Made by a program: the position numbers and the translations under genes | Assembly: GCA_014905635.1 (NCBI GenBank) | Contig: JABVCE010000051.1 | Coordinates: 1 to 64,000 of the forward strand | From: Scenedesmus sp. PABB004 | Lineage: Eukaryota | Direction: 5' to 3' | DNA length: 64,000 nt | The notes under the pieces: model-generated | Told to the model about the DNA's origin: nothing | The model's input: the letters and a program-made list of their open reading frames with translations, nothing else | Databases searched by the model: none | Shown: in pieces, positions 33,320 through 49,212 of the stretch | How positions within the stretch are numbered: the stretch's first letter is position 1 | Layout: every line of letters starts with the position of its first letter

Positions 33320-35458
33320 ATGGCTGGCCCCTACGGCGCGGGGTGCGTGCTGCACGCCGACTGCGACGCCTTCTTCGTGCAGGTCGAGACGCTGCGCACG
33401 CCGGCGCTGGCGGGGCTGCCCGTGGCGGTCCAGCAGCACGCCGACGTGATCGCGCTGAACGCGGCGGCGGCCGCCGCGGGCGTGCGCAAGCACATGCCGC
33501 CCGCGCAGGCGCGCGCGCTGCTGGCCGCCGCGGGCGGGCGGCTGGTGCACGTGTTCACCGAGCCAGACGGCCGCGTGAGCTATCGCCCCTACCGCGAGGC
33601 GAGTGCCGCGCTGCTGCGCCTGCTGCGCGGCCTGCCGCCGCCGGCGGGCGGCCTGGTGGCGGAGGTCGAGCGCGGCAGCATTGATGAAGCCTTTTTGGCG
33701 GTGCGCCTCGACCCGCCGGGCGGCGGCGGCGTCGTGCCGGCGCAGGACGCGCCCGCGTGGGTGGCCGCGCACCCCGGCGCGGTGTGGGACCTGTCGCGCG
33801 GCGAAGCCGTCGCGGTGGCGCTGCGCGGCGCGGCGCGGTCGCAGCTGGGGCTGGTCGTCAGCGTTGGCGTCGCGCCCAACAAGCTGCTCGCCAAGCTGGC
33901 CAGCCGCGCCGCCAAGCCCGACGGCGTGCGGGTGGTGGGCAGCGTCGCGCACGTGCAGGCGCTGCTGGCGGCGGCGCCCGTCGACCGCCTGCCAGGTGCT
34001 GGCGCGCGCCGCGGCCGCGCCAGCAGCCCGGCGGACCCGCGCCGCTCACGCCCGCCCGCCGCCGCACGCCGCACGCCAGGCTTTGGCGGCGCCGTCGCGA
34101 CTGCGCTCGCCGCGGCCGGCGTGCGAACGGTCGGCGCGCTGCAGGCGACCACGGCCCCGCAGCTGGCGGCGGTGCTGGGCGGCGGCCAGGCGGCGCGGGC
34201 CGCCGAGCGGCTGTGGCGTCTGGGGTGGGGCCTCGACGACTCGCCGGTGGCGGACAAGGGGCCTGCAAAGAGTTTTCAGGTGCAGATGGCGCTCACGCCG
34301 GTACCCCGCCCGCTGCCCCCGGCGTGGCGGCGGCCGCGGGGGCCCCGCCGGCAGACCCAGGCAGCGCCAGCGGCGCGCTCGTCCCGCTGCTCACCGGCGC
34401 GGCCGACGCCGTGCCGCGCCTCAAAGCTCTGCTGAGAGCCATGTCGGGCGACCTGCTGGCGCGCGTCCTGCTCGACCGGTGCGTGCGCACGCAGGCGCGC
34501 GCGTGTGCGCGCAACGGGGGCCGCCGCAGCCGGGCCGCCGCAGCCGTCCCCGCGCTCACCGGCGCCCCCCGCGCCCGTGCGTGCCCCGGCGCCAGGCACG
34601 TCGAGGACCGCTGGCCGCGGCAGCTGCGCCTGACGCTGCTCACTGCGGCAGCGCCGGCTGCACGCTCGGCATCGCGGTCCTGCCCCTTCCCGCCGCCCCC
34701 GCCCTCCGCGGCAGCGCCGCCACCGCCGGCAGGCGGCGGCTCGCCAGGGCAGCGCGCGGCCTTCAACGCACCCGGCGTCGACAGCGAGCGGAGCTTTGCC
34801 GTTCCGGCCAGCCTCACGGACGCGGTCGTGGCCGCCGGCACGGCACTTGCGCAGGTGCGCCGGCGCCCGGGGCTGCGCCGGCAGCGCAGCTCGCGGCTCA
34901 TCGTCGGCGCCGCTGGCGCCCCGCCCTGCGCAGGCGGTCGTGGCGGGCGTGCCGGCGGGGTTGCCCGTCCTGCAGCTCAGCATTGCCGCCGCCAGCTTTG
35001 GGTCCTTCGAGGGAGCGCAGCTCGGCGGCGACATCCGGGGCTTCTTTGCAGCGGCGGCGCCGCCCCCGCCCACGGGCGCGGCCGCGCCCGCGGCCAGCCC
35101 CACGCGCGCCCCAGCGCCAGCACCAGTGCCGCCGGCAACGTCGCCGCCCAGGCCGCCCGTGGCCCAGCCAGGCGATTCGCCCGCCCTGGCCGCGCCGGCA
35201 GCGCCGCCGGCTGCTCCGCGCCCGCCACCCCCCGCAGCCGTCGAGCGCGCGGCGCCGCCACCGCAGCCAAGGCGCAACAACGCAGCGCCCGCGCCGCCGG
35301 CTGCGCCGCCGAGGCTGGGCGTGCATCCTACGGGCGTGCCGCCGGTGCTGCTCAGCTCGCTGCTCGCGAGCCTGGCAGACGCCGGCACGACGGCAGACGC
35401 GGCTGAGGCGCAGCAGGCGGCGCTGCTGGCGGCGGCGGGGGGGCCTGCGCGCGGCTGA
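33320..35458 (+). CDS. Y-family translesion DNA polymerase (Pol eta/iota-like IMS domain), multi-exon, apparent 1-nt frameshift near 34318
   Basis: VLHADCDAFFVQVE, PVAVQQ, YRPYREAS, GSIDEAFL, SVGVAPNKLLAKLAS..KPDG, HhH LPG|FGG. The frame switches in a C5 run at 34316-34320. Confidence 0.85.
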
Positions 35459-35560
35459 TTCGCTGAGCGCGCTGCGTGCCGGCTGATGCAGCCTGGCGCG
35501 GAGCGGCTGCGTGCGGCGGCTCGGAGGTCACCGCATGCCAGACACGCCCTGCCGCGCGCG

Positions 35561-38500
35561 TCAGTCCGCGTACAGCTCCGCCGCCAGCAGCTCCGCCTCG
35601 CCCAGCAGCATGCGCACCTCGTCCGCGTCGTCCGCCGGCGCCACGCCGCCGGCCGGCGCGGCCGCGGGCGCGGCCGCGGGCGCTGCCGCCGCCGGCCCCG
35701 CCGCCGCCTCGCGCACACCGCCTCCCGTGCGAATGGCCTCTGCCAGCGCCTCCAGGCAGTCCATCTGCAGCAGCTTCAGGTCCACCAGCAGCCCCGCCAG
35801 GCGCTCCACGAGCGCGGGCTGCGGCCGGCGCGCAGCGCAAGGGGCGCGTGAGGGCGCTGCGCCGCCGCACGCGGCTGCCGTGCACGGTGCGGGCAGCGCG
35901 TGGAGGGGCGCTGCGCAGCGGCTCGCGGCGGCGGCGCCACGCTCACGTCCACGGCGGCGCCGCTGCCCAGGCGCGCCAGGTCGTCGCCGCCGGCGGCAAT
36001 GACCCATCGCAGCGTGCCGACCGCGCTGCGCAGCGCCGCCTGGCCCGCGCCGCGCTGGCCCGCCAGCTCCTGCGCCGCCGCCAACGCCAGGCAGGCGTTG
36101 CCCAGCTGCAGCGCCGCCAGCAGCCGCTCGCCCGCGCGGTCCGCCTCCTGGCTGGCGCCGGCGCGCGCCGGCGCCACCGCGCGCATCGCGCCCCGGAGCA
36201 TGCCCCACCACAGGCTGGAGCGCTGCGCGCCCTGCGCGCGCGCGGCGGCGGCAGCGCCGCCGAGCGTGAGGGCGGGAGGCACGCGCTGCTCCGCGCCCTG
36301 TCGCGCGGACTGGCACGAGGCACGCCGCGCGCCCGGCCGCGCCTGCAGCGCCGCCTCTGCGATGGCCGCCGCGTTGGCCGCAAGCTGTGGCGCGAGCACC
36401 GCCGCCTCTGGGCTGGCGGGCGGCGCCATGAGCAGGTTGGCCAGCCGCGTGAGCGACTTGGCCACAACCAGGTGCCTGGCGGTCCCGGCGGCGGCGAGCG
36501 CAGCACAGCGGTGAGTGGGCGCGCGCCGCCGGCGGCGAGCGGGCGCGCGCCGCCCGCGCCGCGCCGCGCTGCACTGCGCGCGGCCGCGGGCGCGCGCCTG
36601 CCGTAGAGGGCGGTGCGCGCGTCGACCGCCTCGCGCATCGTCGCGCGCGCGCCGGGCAGGTCCCCCGCCGCCAGCTGCGCGTCGACGAGGCGCTCGGCCA
36701 CGTCCGACGCCTGCGGCACGCGGCGCGCGGCAGCACGGTCCAGGACGGTGAGCCGGCGACCACGCTTCCGCGCGCGCCCGCCGCTCCGCCGACCCAGGCC
36801 CCTCCCCTCGCAGGCACCTGCGCCATCAGCCGGAGCCGCTGCACGGTCGCGTCGCCGCCGTCGCCGCCGTCGCCGTCGCCGCCGGCGTCGCCGCCCGGCG
36901 CGGCGGCGCGGGGCTCCGCGTCAGCGCCGCCGCGGGCCTGCGCCTCCTCCACGGGCGGCAGCGCCATGTAGGCCAGCGCCTTGCGCAGGCTGGCCACCGC
37001 GTCGGCGGGGCGCCCCGCGGCGCTCTGCGCGGCCGCCAGGTCGACCAGCCACGCGGCCGCGGGCGTGCCCTGCACCTGGCCTGCGCAGGCGGGCGGTCAG
37101 GGGCGGCGCCGCGCTCGTCACGGGAGGACTAGCCCCCTCCCCCCACTCCCCCATGCGGCGCGCGCCGCACCCGCGTCCTCCACGATGCGGATCGCGGCGC
37201 TGAACAGCTCCATCGCGCGCGCGAGGTCGGGCGGCGGCGGCGGCGGGCCGCGCCGCCGCGCGAGCCAGCCCCCGCCGCCGCCGCCGGCGGCCCCCGCGGC
37301 GCCGGGCCCCGCCGCCGCGACCGCCGCGGTGTGCTGCTTGAGCAGCACGCCCGCCAGGCTGGACGCCGTGTCAGCGTACAGGTAGCTGGTGGGGCTGAAC
37401 ACCACGCGCCGCAGCTCCAGCGCGCGCTCCAGCAGCGCGCGCGCCTGGCGGCGGCGGTGGCGCGCGAGCGGCCGGTGCTTGTCAGCGCTGCGCATCACAT
37501 GGCGCGCAGCGCGCCGTTCAAGCCTCGCCCCAGGCCTCGTGCCGCCGCCGCCGCCCCCGCCGCCGCACCTCGCCGAGGTCGCCCTTGGCCTCGTGCAGCG
37601 CCGCAAGGCTGCAGAGCGCGGCGGCGTACATCCAGTGCTTCTCGCCCAGGTGGTCCGACAGCAGCCCCAGCGCCTGCGCGCGCGCGCGCCCGCCGCCGCG
37701 TCGGCCGCGCAGCAGCCCTGCCGCCCTCCCCCTGCCGCCGCGGGCCTCGACCCCTCGCCCCCTCGCGCCCTCGCCCCCCCCCCCCCCCGCCCGGCGAGGG
37801 TTTAGGCGCGCGCGCAGCCGCCGCCGCGGCGCCGCCGCACCTCCTCGTACAGCGCCTGCGCCTCGTCCCAGCGCCGCGTGTTGCGCATGAGCTCGGCCAG
37901 GTAGTGCAGCGCGCTGGGGATGTGCGGGTCGGAGGGCGGGAACCCCAGCCGCGCCTCCGCCACGGCCTCGCGGAAGCGCCGCTCCGCCTCGGCGTACCTG
38001 CGCCGCGGCGCGGCGCAGAGCGGCGCGGACCGGACCGCCGGCCGCTCGTCAACGACGGCGCCCCGGCTGCACGCGCGCGGGCGCGCCGCCGCGCTGGCGC
38101 CGCGGCCGCGGTCGCCGCGGTCGCCGCCGCACCGTCCCGCGCTGTAGGCCTCGATCGCGGCCGCCTTTGCGAGCGTCATGGCCGCGGTGTGCTCGTTGGT
38201 GATGGGGTCGTAGTCGAGCGGGTGGTTGGTGCGCCCCGCCTCGTCCAGCGCCGCGATCGCGCCCGACAGCGGCTCGCGCCCGCCCCACTGCGCGCCCACG
38301 GCCGCGGGCCGGGCCCGCCGGCGCCGCCGCCCACGCCGCGCCGCCGCCGCCCGCGCCGGGCGGCGGCGGCTGCTCGGCCGCGTCGGCGAGCGCCGCGGCG
38401 CTGCCTGTGGCCGCGAGCGCGGCAGCCACGCCCGCGGCCGCGCCCGCCGCGTGCCAGGCCGACGAGCCTGCGTCGGGTCGGCGTGAGGGGTACGGGTGGT

Positions 38501-38750
38501 GCGGGCTTCTGGGAACGGTCGCGGCGGCGCCATGCGGCTCGTGCGGGCGCGCGTGCGGCGGCAGCAGCGGCGCCCGTTGCAACCGCTGGCGCGCACCCGC
38601 GTCGCGCGTCGACGGGCCCGGCTCCGCCACCCAGCCGACGAGGGCGCGCAGGGACGCCAGACCGCTCAGCTGCGCGCCCGGGCCCAGGGCCGCCAGGCAG
38701 GGCGCGAGCGCGCGCCGCGCGGCAGCGGCGGCGGCGCCGTGCGGCGGCAT
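35561..38750 (-). CDS. TPR-repeat protein (kinesin-light-chain-type TPRs), multi-exon
   Basis: YAEAERRFREAVAEARLGFPPSDPHIPSALHYLAELMR...AQALYEE and ARALLERALELRRVVF. The N-terminus resembles a transit peptide, and there is a possible frameshift near 38310. Confidence 0.65.
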
Positions 38751-39004
38751 GGTGTGTGATCGATCGGAGACGCGCGATCCGGTGCGGTGAGCGCCGGTGG
38801 GTCTGCCGGGAGGGGCGGGCGCTGCGCCGGCACGGCGTCTTGCGGAGCAGAGCCCTTGCGACGCAGCAATCTGACAGCTGGTCCACCGCGCAGAGCTCGC
38901 GCACGCATCTCCGGCAGCGCCCATTCGCTGGCGGATCGTCCTGATCGCGCTCAGCTCGCTGTACGGGATCCGCACACGCCGCCGCGGCCAGGGACGCCCC
39001 GAAC

Positions 39005-41778
39005 ATGCTTCACTCCCGCGTTCCCCTCGCGCGGGCGCCCGCCGCCGCCCGCCCGCGCGTCCCCATGCAGCGGCTGCCCCTGGCGCCCCGCCACGCCACC
39101 GGCACGCCGGCCACCGCGGCGCGCGGCGGTGCGGCGCAGCCGGCGCAGCAGCAGCAGCAGCAGCCGGTGCCGCCGCACGTCGCGGTGCAGTTCGCGGGCG
39201 CCTGGCCCGCGCGCGGCTACCGCCGCCGCGTGGTGGCCTCCTCCTCCGCCGGCGGCGCCGAGGCGGCGGGCGGCGCTGGCGGGGCCGCGGGGCGCTCCAA
39301 CTACTGGGACTGCACGTTTGCGCTGACAAAGGCCATCATCGGCGCGGGTGCGTGCGCCCACGCGGCGGCGGCGGCAGCGGCGGCGCGCCAGGGCGGCGGC
39401 GGCGGCGCGCCAGGGCGGCACGGCAGCAGCCAGCGGCGCGGGGCGGTGCAGGGCCGGCCCCCGGCGCGCCGCGCTGACCGCCTGCCTCCCGCCCCGCGCC
39501 CCGCGCTCCGCGTCCTCCCTGCCGCTGGGCAGGCATGATGCCGATCCCCCACGCCTTCAACCTGCTCGGCTGGGTCGCGGCGGTGGGCATGCTCGTGGGC
39601 GTCGCGGTGATGACCTACTGGACCAACGCCGTCATGGTGCAGGTGCGTGGTGGGCCTGCGCGGCGGCGGCGCGGCGCGGCGGGGCGCGGCGGGGCGCGCG
39701 GCACACGCACACCCCAGCGCCCCGGCCCGCGCGCCCGCGACGCGCGCCGCCGCCCGCGCCGCGCCGCGCCCGCGCGCACGCGCGCGCGCGCGCAGGGGTC
39801 TGCCGAGACGGGCGAGGGCAGCTACGCGAGCCTGGTGGGGCGGCTCGTCGGCCCCGCGGGCGCGGGGCTGCTGCAGGCGGCGCTGTTTGGGTTTTGCTTT
39901 GGCGTCATGGCCGTCTACCTGGTGGTCATCGGGGACATCCTCGCGGGTGGGCGGGCCAGGGGGCGGCTGGGTGGACAGGGTGTTGCAGGGCCGCAGGGTG
40001 CAGGGTTCAGGCCCAGGGTGCAGGGCCCGGGGGCGGGCGGGGCAGCTCGCAGCGGCGGCGCACGGCGCGCTGCGCGCGAGCCCCGTGCCGCTTGCGCCGC
40101 GCAGGCGCGCCCGGCGCGGCCAACGGCCTGATGACCGAGCTCTTTGGCGTCACGTCGGGCCCGCTGCTGCAGCGCAGCAACGTCATCCTCGGCGTCGCGG
40201 GCCTCGTCTGCGCGCCGCTCGTCGCGCTGCGGTCAGTGCACCGCGTGCCGGGGGCGCAGCGCGCAGCTGCCGCCGCCGCCGCCGCCGCCGCGCCGTCGCC
40301 CAGCCTGCGTCGCCGCCGCCGCGCCGCCGCGTTGGCAGGGACATTTCCAAGCTGTCTGTGTTCAACATCCTCGGCGTCGCCGCGGTCATGCTGCTCGCCG
40401 CGACCGCGGGCCTGCTCGGCCTCACCGCCGTGCTCACCGGCGTCGCGCACGTCCCGCCCGCGGGTGCGCGGCGGCGGCCCGCGCGCGGCCCCGCCCGCGG
40501 CCACACGCGCGGGGCGGCGGCGGCCCTGCGCGGCCCGGCCAAAACCTCGCTCCCTCACGCACGCCGCACGCGCCGCGCCGCGCCGCGCCGCCGCAGCGCC
40601 CAACCTGGCGGCGTTTGGCGACACGCCGCTCAAGGTGGCCATGGGCATGGCGGGCGTGGTGCCCATCATCCTCAACTGCTACGGTGCGGCGCCGCGCGCC
40701 GCCGTCCGCCGCGGCGCACGAGCGCACCGCTGCCGCCGCCCTGCCGCCGCGCCGCCGACGCCGCCCTGCCGCCGCCGCGCGTGTGCCGTGGCGGTGTGTG
40801 TGCGTCGCCGCTTGTTGGCAGTGGGGCACCAGAGCGTCCACGGCATCATGGCCATGCTCAAGCCCTACTCGCCCAAGGTGCCGGGGGGGGGGGGGGCTGC
40901 GGGGACTGCGGGGCCCTGGGGCGTGCGGCGCGCCGCGCCCCGCCGCCCGGCGCCAGCCGCCGCGGCCGCTCGCCGGCGCCCACACCGCGCGCCCACACCG
41001 CACGCGGCTGCGGCGCCTCACGTGTGGTCGCAGGAGATGAAGGCTGTGTGCGCGGGCGCGCTGGGCATGGGGTGCGCCATCTTCCTGGTCCTCGGCCTCG
41101 GCGCGGTCGCGGCGTTTGGGGGCGGCGTGGACGCCAACATCCTGAACAACCTCTCCGCCGGCGGCATGGCGCCGCTCATCGGGACACAGGCCGCGCAGGC
41201 GCGCGCGCGCGCGGCGAGGGGGCGCGGCGCGCGCCGCGCGCGCCCGGGCGGCGGGCGCGTCCGCACGCGCCGCGCGCGCCCACTCTCCGCACCCACCCGC
41301 CCGCGCCCGCGCGCAGGCGCTGAGCGGCCTCGTGCGCGGCGGGTTCCTCGTGTCGCTGCTGGGCAGCTTTGCGCTGCTCATGTTCCCGCTGCGCACGTGC
41401 CTCGTGGAGCTGGTGTGGGGCAAGGCGCTCGCGGCGGCGGGGTCGGGGCCGGCCAAGGCCGCCGCCGCGGCGGAGCGCGAGGCCCGCGCGTACGTGCCGC
41501 TCACGTACGGCATCCTCGCCGCCACGACCGCGACCGCGGTGCTCGTCCCCGACATCTGGGCCGCGCTCAGCGTCGTCGGCGACCTCGCGTCCACGGTGCA
41601 GGCGTTCGTCGTGCCCGCGCTCATCGGCCTCGCGCTCGCGGCGGGGCGGCACCTCGGCGCCGGCAAGCCCGCGCCCGGCGGCGCGGCCGACGCGCCGTCG
41701 CGCGCCACGGCGCTGCTCGTGCTCGTCCTGGGCGTCACGCTCTTCGGAAACGGCATCCTGCAGCGCGTGCTCGCGTGA
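39005..41778 (+). CDS. Amino-acid transporter, AAAP/SLC38 (AVT6-like) family, about 10 exons
   Basis: FALTKAIIGAG|MMPIPHAF, FGVMAVYLVVIGDIL, NCY|VGHQSVH, GGVDANILNN, FPL, PDIW...VVG...AFVVPAL. A TGTAA algal-type polyA signal lies at about 41896. Confidence 0.9.
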
Positions 41779-42206
41779 GGCGCCAGCCGTGCGGAGGGGG
41801 CGGGGAGGGTGTCGGGGGCGCGCGCGCGCGTGATGCCGGGCCGCCCGGCGCGCGTCGGCCCGGCACGCGTGGCCGTGGACGCATTGAACTGCGCTGTAAC
41901 TGCCGTGCCGACCCTGCCGCCGTGCCTCGTCGCGCGTGCGCCTTGTCCTCGCAGCAGCCGCCGTCACCAACAACGCACACCGCCCTCGCCGGCGCGGCGA
42001 CACGCTGTGTTGTTATTGTAGTTGTTGTTGAGTTGTTTTGTTGTGTTATTTTGGGTGGAAGGATGCAAACACGAGAAATATCAAACGTTTTGGTCGTCCC
42101 GATTCTGTGGCGAGCGGGGTGAAAAATGGCCGTTCAGAGGGAGTTCAAGATTTGCTTTTTAGACTTTATATATAGCTATATTGAGCGGGTTGGGCACCTA
42201 CGGCAA

Positions 42207-42278
42207 GCGCTCCTAGTGTAGTGGTTATCATCTGACTCTCCCAAGGTCAGGACCCGGGTTCGATTCCCGGGGGGCGCA
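42207..42278 (+). tRNA. tRNA-Gly-CCC: tRNA-Gly(CCC), copy C
   Basis: 72-nt cloverleaf GCGCTCC...TGACT-CTCCCAA-GGTCA...GGTTCGATTCC...GGGCGCA. A TATA-like tttatatata lies at about 42165, CAA is immediately upstream, and TTTT follows at 42280-42283. Confidence 0.93.
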
Positions 42279-42366
42279 GTTTTGCTAAAAATTGCTTCTC
42301 CCGCCTGTCACGCTCGCGGGCACGCGCGACCCGCGGTCACCGGCTGCCGCCGACACTGAAATACTG

Positions 42367-42457
42367 CTACTGCCCAGCAGCGAGCGATCGGTCAAGGTGT
42401 GTGCGCGGAGACAGCACTGAGTGTGTGCAGGTGACGCTTTTGGGCGTGAGCGTGGCC
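42367..42457 (+). repeat. ~90-bp direct repeat R1 (partner at 47050-47133)
   Basis: The string ctac.gcccagcag..cgagcgatcggt...gtgtgcgcggagaca.cactgag...gacgcttt.gggcgtgagcg.ggcc is shared with R2. Confidence 0.85.
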
Positions 42458-42943
42458 ACGGGCGGCAGCTGCGCGTGAGTGACTGTCTATACCAAAGTGA
42501 TGGGGTCCGTGTTTGCGCCGTAGGCGCTTGTTCACCCCTGGTAACGCCCTTCTCTTCTCTTGCCTGTCACGTCCTGGTAACGCCCTTTAACGTCGCGGCG
42601 CGATGGGCGGGGCGGGCCGAACGGGAGAGGCCCTGACGGGTCGGGCGCAACAACTCCGGGTGTTGCATGCGTGCGCACCGCAAGGGCGTGGATGAAAGAC
42701 GGGCGTGGATGGTGTGCAGCATGGAACCGGTCAACAGGCAAGCAAGGTGGCAGTAAGAACAGTGCGCGCGCGGCGCCGCGTAGCGCACGCCACCGCCGCC
42801 GCGGCGCCCTCACAGCTCGCGCGGCGCGAGCTGCTCCAGCCAGCCGGCGGCGAGCACGTCTGGGGCGCGCCGCCGCGCTCGGTCCTGGAGCTGCTGCTCC
42901 AAGCCCGGCCGGCCGGGGGAGCGCGGCGGCCGCAGCCGCGCGC

Positions 42944-46856
<3,913 letters not shown>

Positions 46857-47049
46857 CGCGAGATGGATCTCGCGGGGGCCCGCTGGCGGCCCGGCTCGCG
46901 CTGGCGCCCGTCGTCGGGGGTCGGGGTGTGGGGGATCGTCACGCGCGTATGGGGCGGCGCGCGGCGCGGCGCCGCCGCGGCTTGACAGCAGCAGCAGACA
47001 AAACCCTTGGCAGGGGAGCGCACACAAACCGAAACCAATCTTAAACTCC

Positions 47050-47133
47050 CTACGGCCCAGCAGCAGCGAGCGATCGGTGGGTGTGTGTGCGCGGAGACAA
47101 CACTGAGCGACGCTTTCGGGCGTGAGCGCGGCC
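47050..47133 (+). repeat. ~85-bp direct repeat R2 (partner at 42367-42457)
   Basis: See R1. Its right end overlaps the start of the large inverted duplication. Confidence 0.85.
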
Positions 47134-48233
47134 GCCCGCCTGGCCGCGTGCCCGCGCCTCGCCAGCGCCGCCTGCCGGCATCAGCGTGCCAGGCGCCGCA
47201 GGGCCGGGCCGGCGCGAGCGCGCGGAGGGCGCCACCCGGGGGGCATCGGCCTGCTCAAGCCGCGCCGCCCTGATCGTCATGACGTCCAGCAGGAGCGCGG
47301 GCAGGCGACGGGCGGGCACGGCAGCGGCGCAGCGGGCGCCAGCGGCGCCGCTGCTGCTCCGCGGCTCCGCGCGCACTGGATGGCTCGAGCGGCTCGAGCG
47401 GGGGTCAACGGCGTTCGGGTCGACAACTGGCGCGTTTCCACGGCTCCCCGTGGCGCACGCTCAACTCGCTCCGCGACGCCCGCAAAGCCCCGACGCCCGC
47501 AAAGCCCCGCAAAGCCCCGCGCCTCCCGCTGCGCCCGCCGCCGCGCCCGCCGCCGCGCCCGCCGCCGCGCCCGCAGCTCGCCATGCCGCACTCAACTCGG
47601 ACCACATCAGTCGTCGATGCAGTACGTCAAGCTGCGGCCGTCGTACAAGCACGGCTGCGCGGGCTCGGTCTCCACCGCCACGCCGAGCCCGCGCCCGAGG
47701 GCCGCGAGCTCGCGCACGTCGGCCTCGCTGACCAGCGGGCAGTCGGTGCGCACGACGATCCGCGGCGCGAGGCGCGCCACGACCGCCGCCCGCACGTGGC
47801 GGGCCTCCAGGTCGGGGCAGCGCGCCAGCACGAGCGACTCGAGCGCCGTGAGGCGCGTGCGGAGGAGCTGGGCCATGCCGTCATCGACCAGGAAGCCTCC
47901 GAGCAGCACGCCGCCGTCAACGACCAGCGCCCGTGTGCCGACCTGGTTCTGCCACAGCAGCGGGTCCTCGACGATGCTGTACGTGGCCCGGTAGTCAGCC
48001 CGGCCGCCAAAGGCGGAGCAGAGCTCGAGCCGGGTCACGCCGGGGATGCGGGGCAGCGCGATGCCCTCGGGCAGCATGCCCTGTGATATATGGCCCAGCA
48101 TGAGCAGCCGCAGCGCGCGCAGCCGCCCCAGCGCCGCCCAGCGCGGGTTGACCAGCGCCGGGCCCAGGCCGGTGGCCGCGCGCGGCATGCCCAGCCGCCA
48201 CTCGCCGCCAAAGTCCGCGCCGTCCCAGAGCGC

Positions 48234-48279
<46 letters not shown>

Positions 48280-48824
48280 ACCGCCTGCTCGGCGAGCTGC
48301 TGCCCCTGCTCCACCTGCTCCTGCTGCCGCCGCTGCTGCCGCGTCACGCGCCGGCCGGGCGCGCCCGCTGCCGCCTGCGTCGGCGGCGCGGCGCCGGCGC
48401 CGGCGCTGTCGCCAGGCGCGCCGTCGCCGCCCAGCGCGAGCGCGCCCAGCCCGGTGAGCGACGCGTGCCGCGCGTGGAGCTGCAGCGTGTCGACGTTGAC
48501 CGAGAGCAGCTCCAGCGCGGTGAGGCCGCCCAGCACGTCAGCGCAGGCCGCGGGCAGCTCGCCCATCTCGCTCAGGTCCTCCAGGCAGGTCAGGTTGGGC
48601 GCGAGCGCAGCGAGGCTCAGCCCGCTCAGCATGCCGCCGTGCGTGGTGCCGACGGTCAGCCGGCGCAGGCCGGGCAGGCAGGGCACCTCGGCGACCAGCA
48701 GGCGCGCCGCGTCGGCAGCGCCGCGCGCGGCCGCGTTGATCACCACCTCTGGCGACACGCACGGCAGCGCGGGCGGCGCGCTGCCGCCCGGGCCCGCGCC
48801 GCCCGCCACCGCCAGCTCGAGCAG
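47126..48824 (-). pseudogene. Near-identical inverted duplicate of 29819-31543: 5'-truncated copy of the F-box/LRR last exon (stop at 47607) plus downstream DNA
   Basis: ORF 47607-48809 repeats the C-terminal ~400 aa (…YDGRSLTYCIDD) with only a few substitutions and repeat-length differences. It has no 5' exons. Confidence 0.92.
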
Positions 48825-49212
48825 GTCCGAGCGGGGCCCCGTCTCACCTGCAGGGGTGGCGGCGGCGCGGCTGACACACGCGTCAGCCCGTCACTTGACG
48901 CTCGCGGCCGCCCCGCGCTGATGTGCAGTGAGCAGTGCACTCTCGCCGCACACTCTCCCGGCCTCCGCGCACACCGCAGCAGGCCCCGCCAGCACGCGGC
49001 GCCCCACTGCTCACGCAGCACCGCGGGACAGCAGCAGCGGCGCCGCCCGCCGCCACCCGCCGCGCGGCCGCCCGCCTGGCCGCGTGCGGCCTGCGTCTCG
49101 CCGGCGCCGCCTGCCTGCATCAGCGTTCCAGGCGCCGCGAGGGCCGGGCCGGCGCGAGCGAGCGGAGGGCGCCGCCCGGGGGGCATCGGCGTGCTCGGGC
49201 CGGCTGCCGGCC

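Noticed and set aside
15502..35458. UVR8 and a Y-family polymerase near each other as a UV-response cluster
   Set aside because: They are separated by 16 kb of unrelated genes with no shared regulatory motif seen, so chance proximity is sufficient.
47607..48809. Independent 400-aa LRR gene
   Set aside because: It begins mid-exon at a duplication junction with a GTG start and has no 5' exons. It is a truncated copy of 29819-31030.
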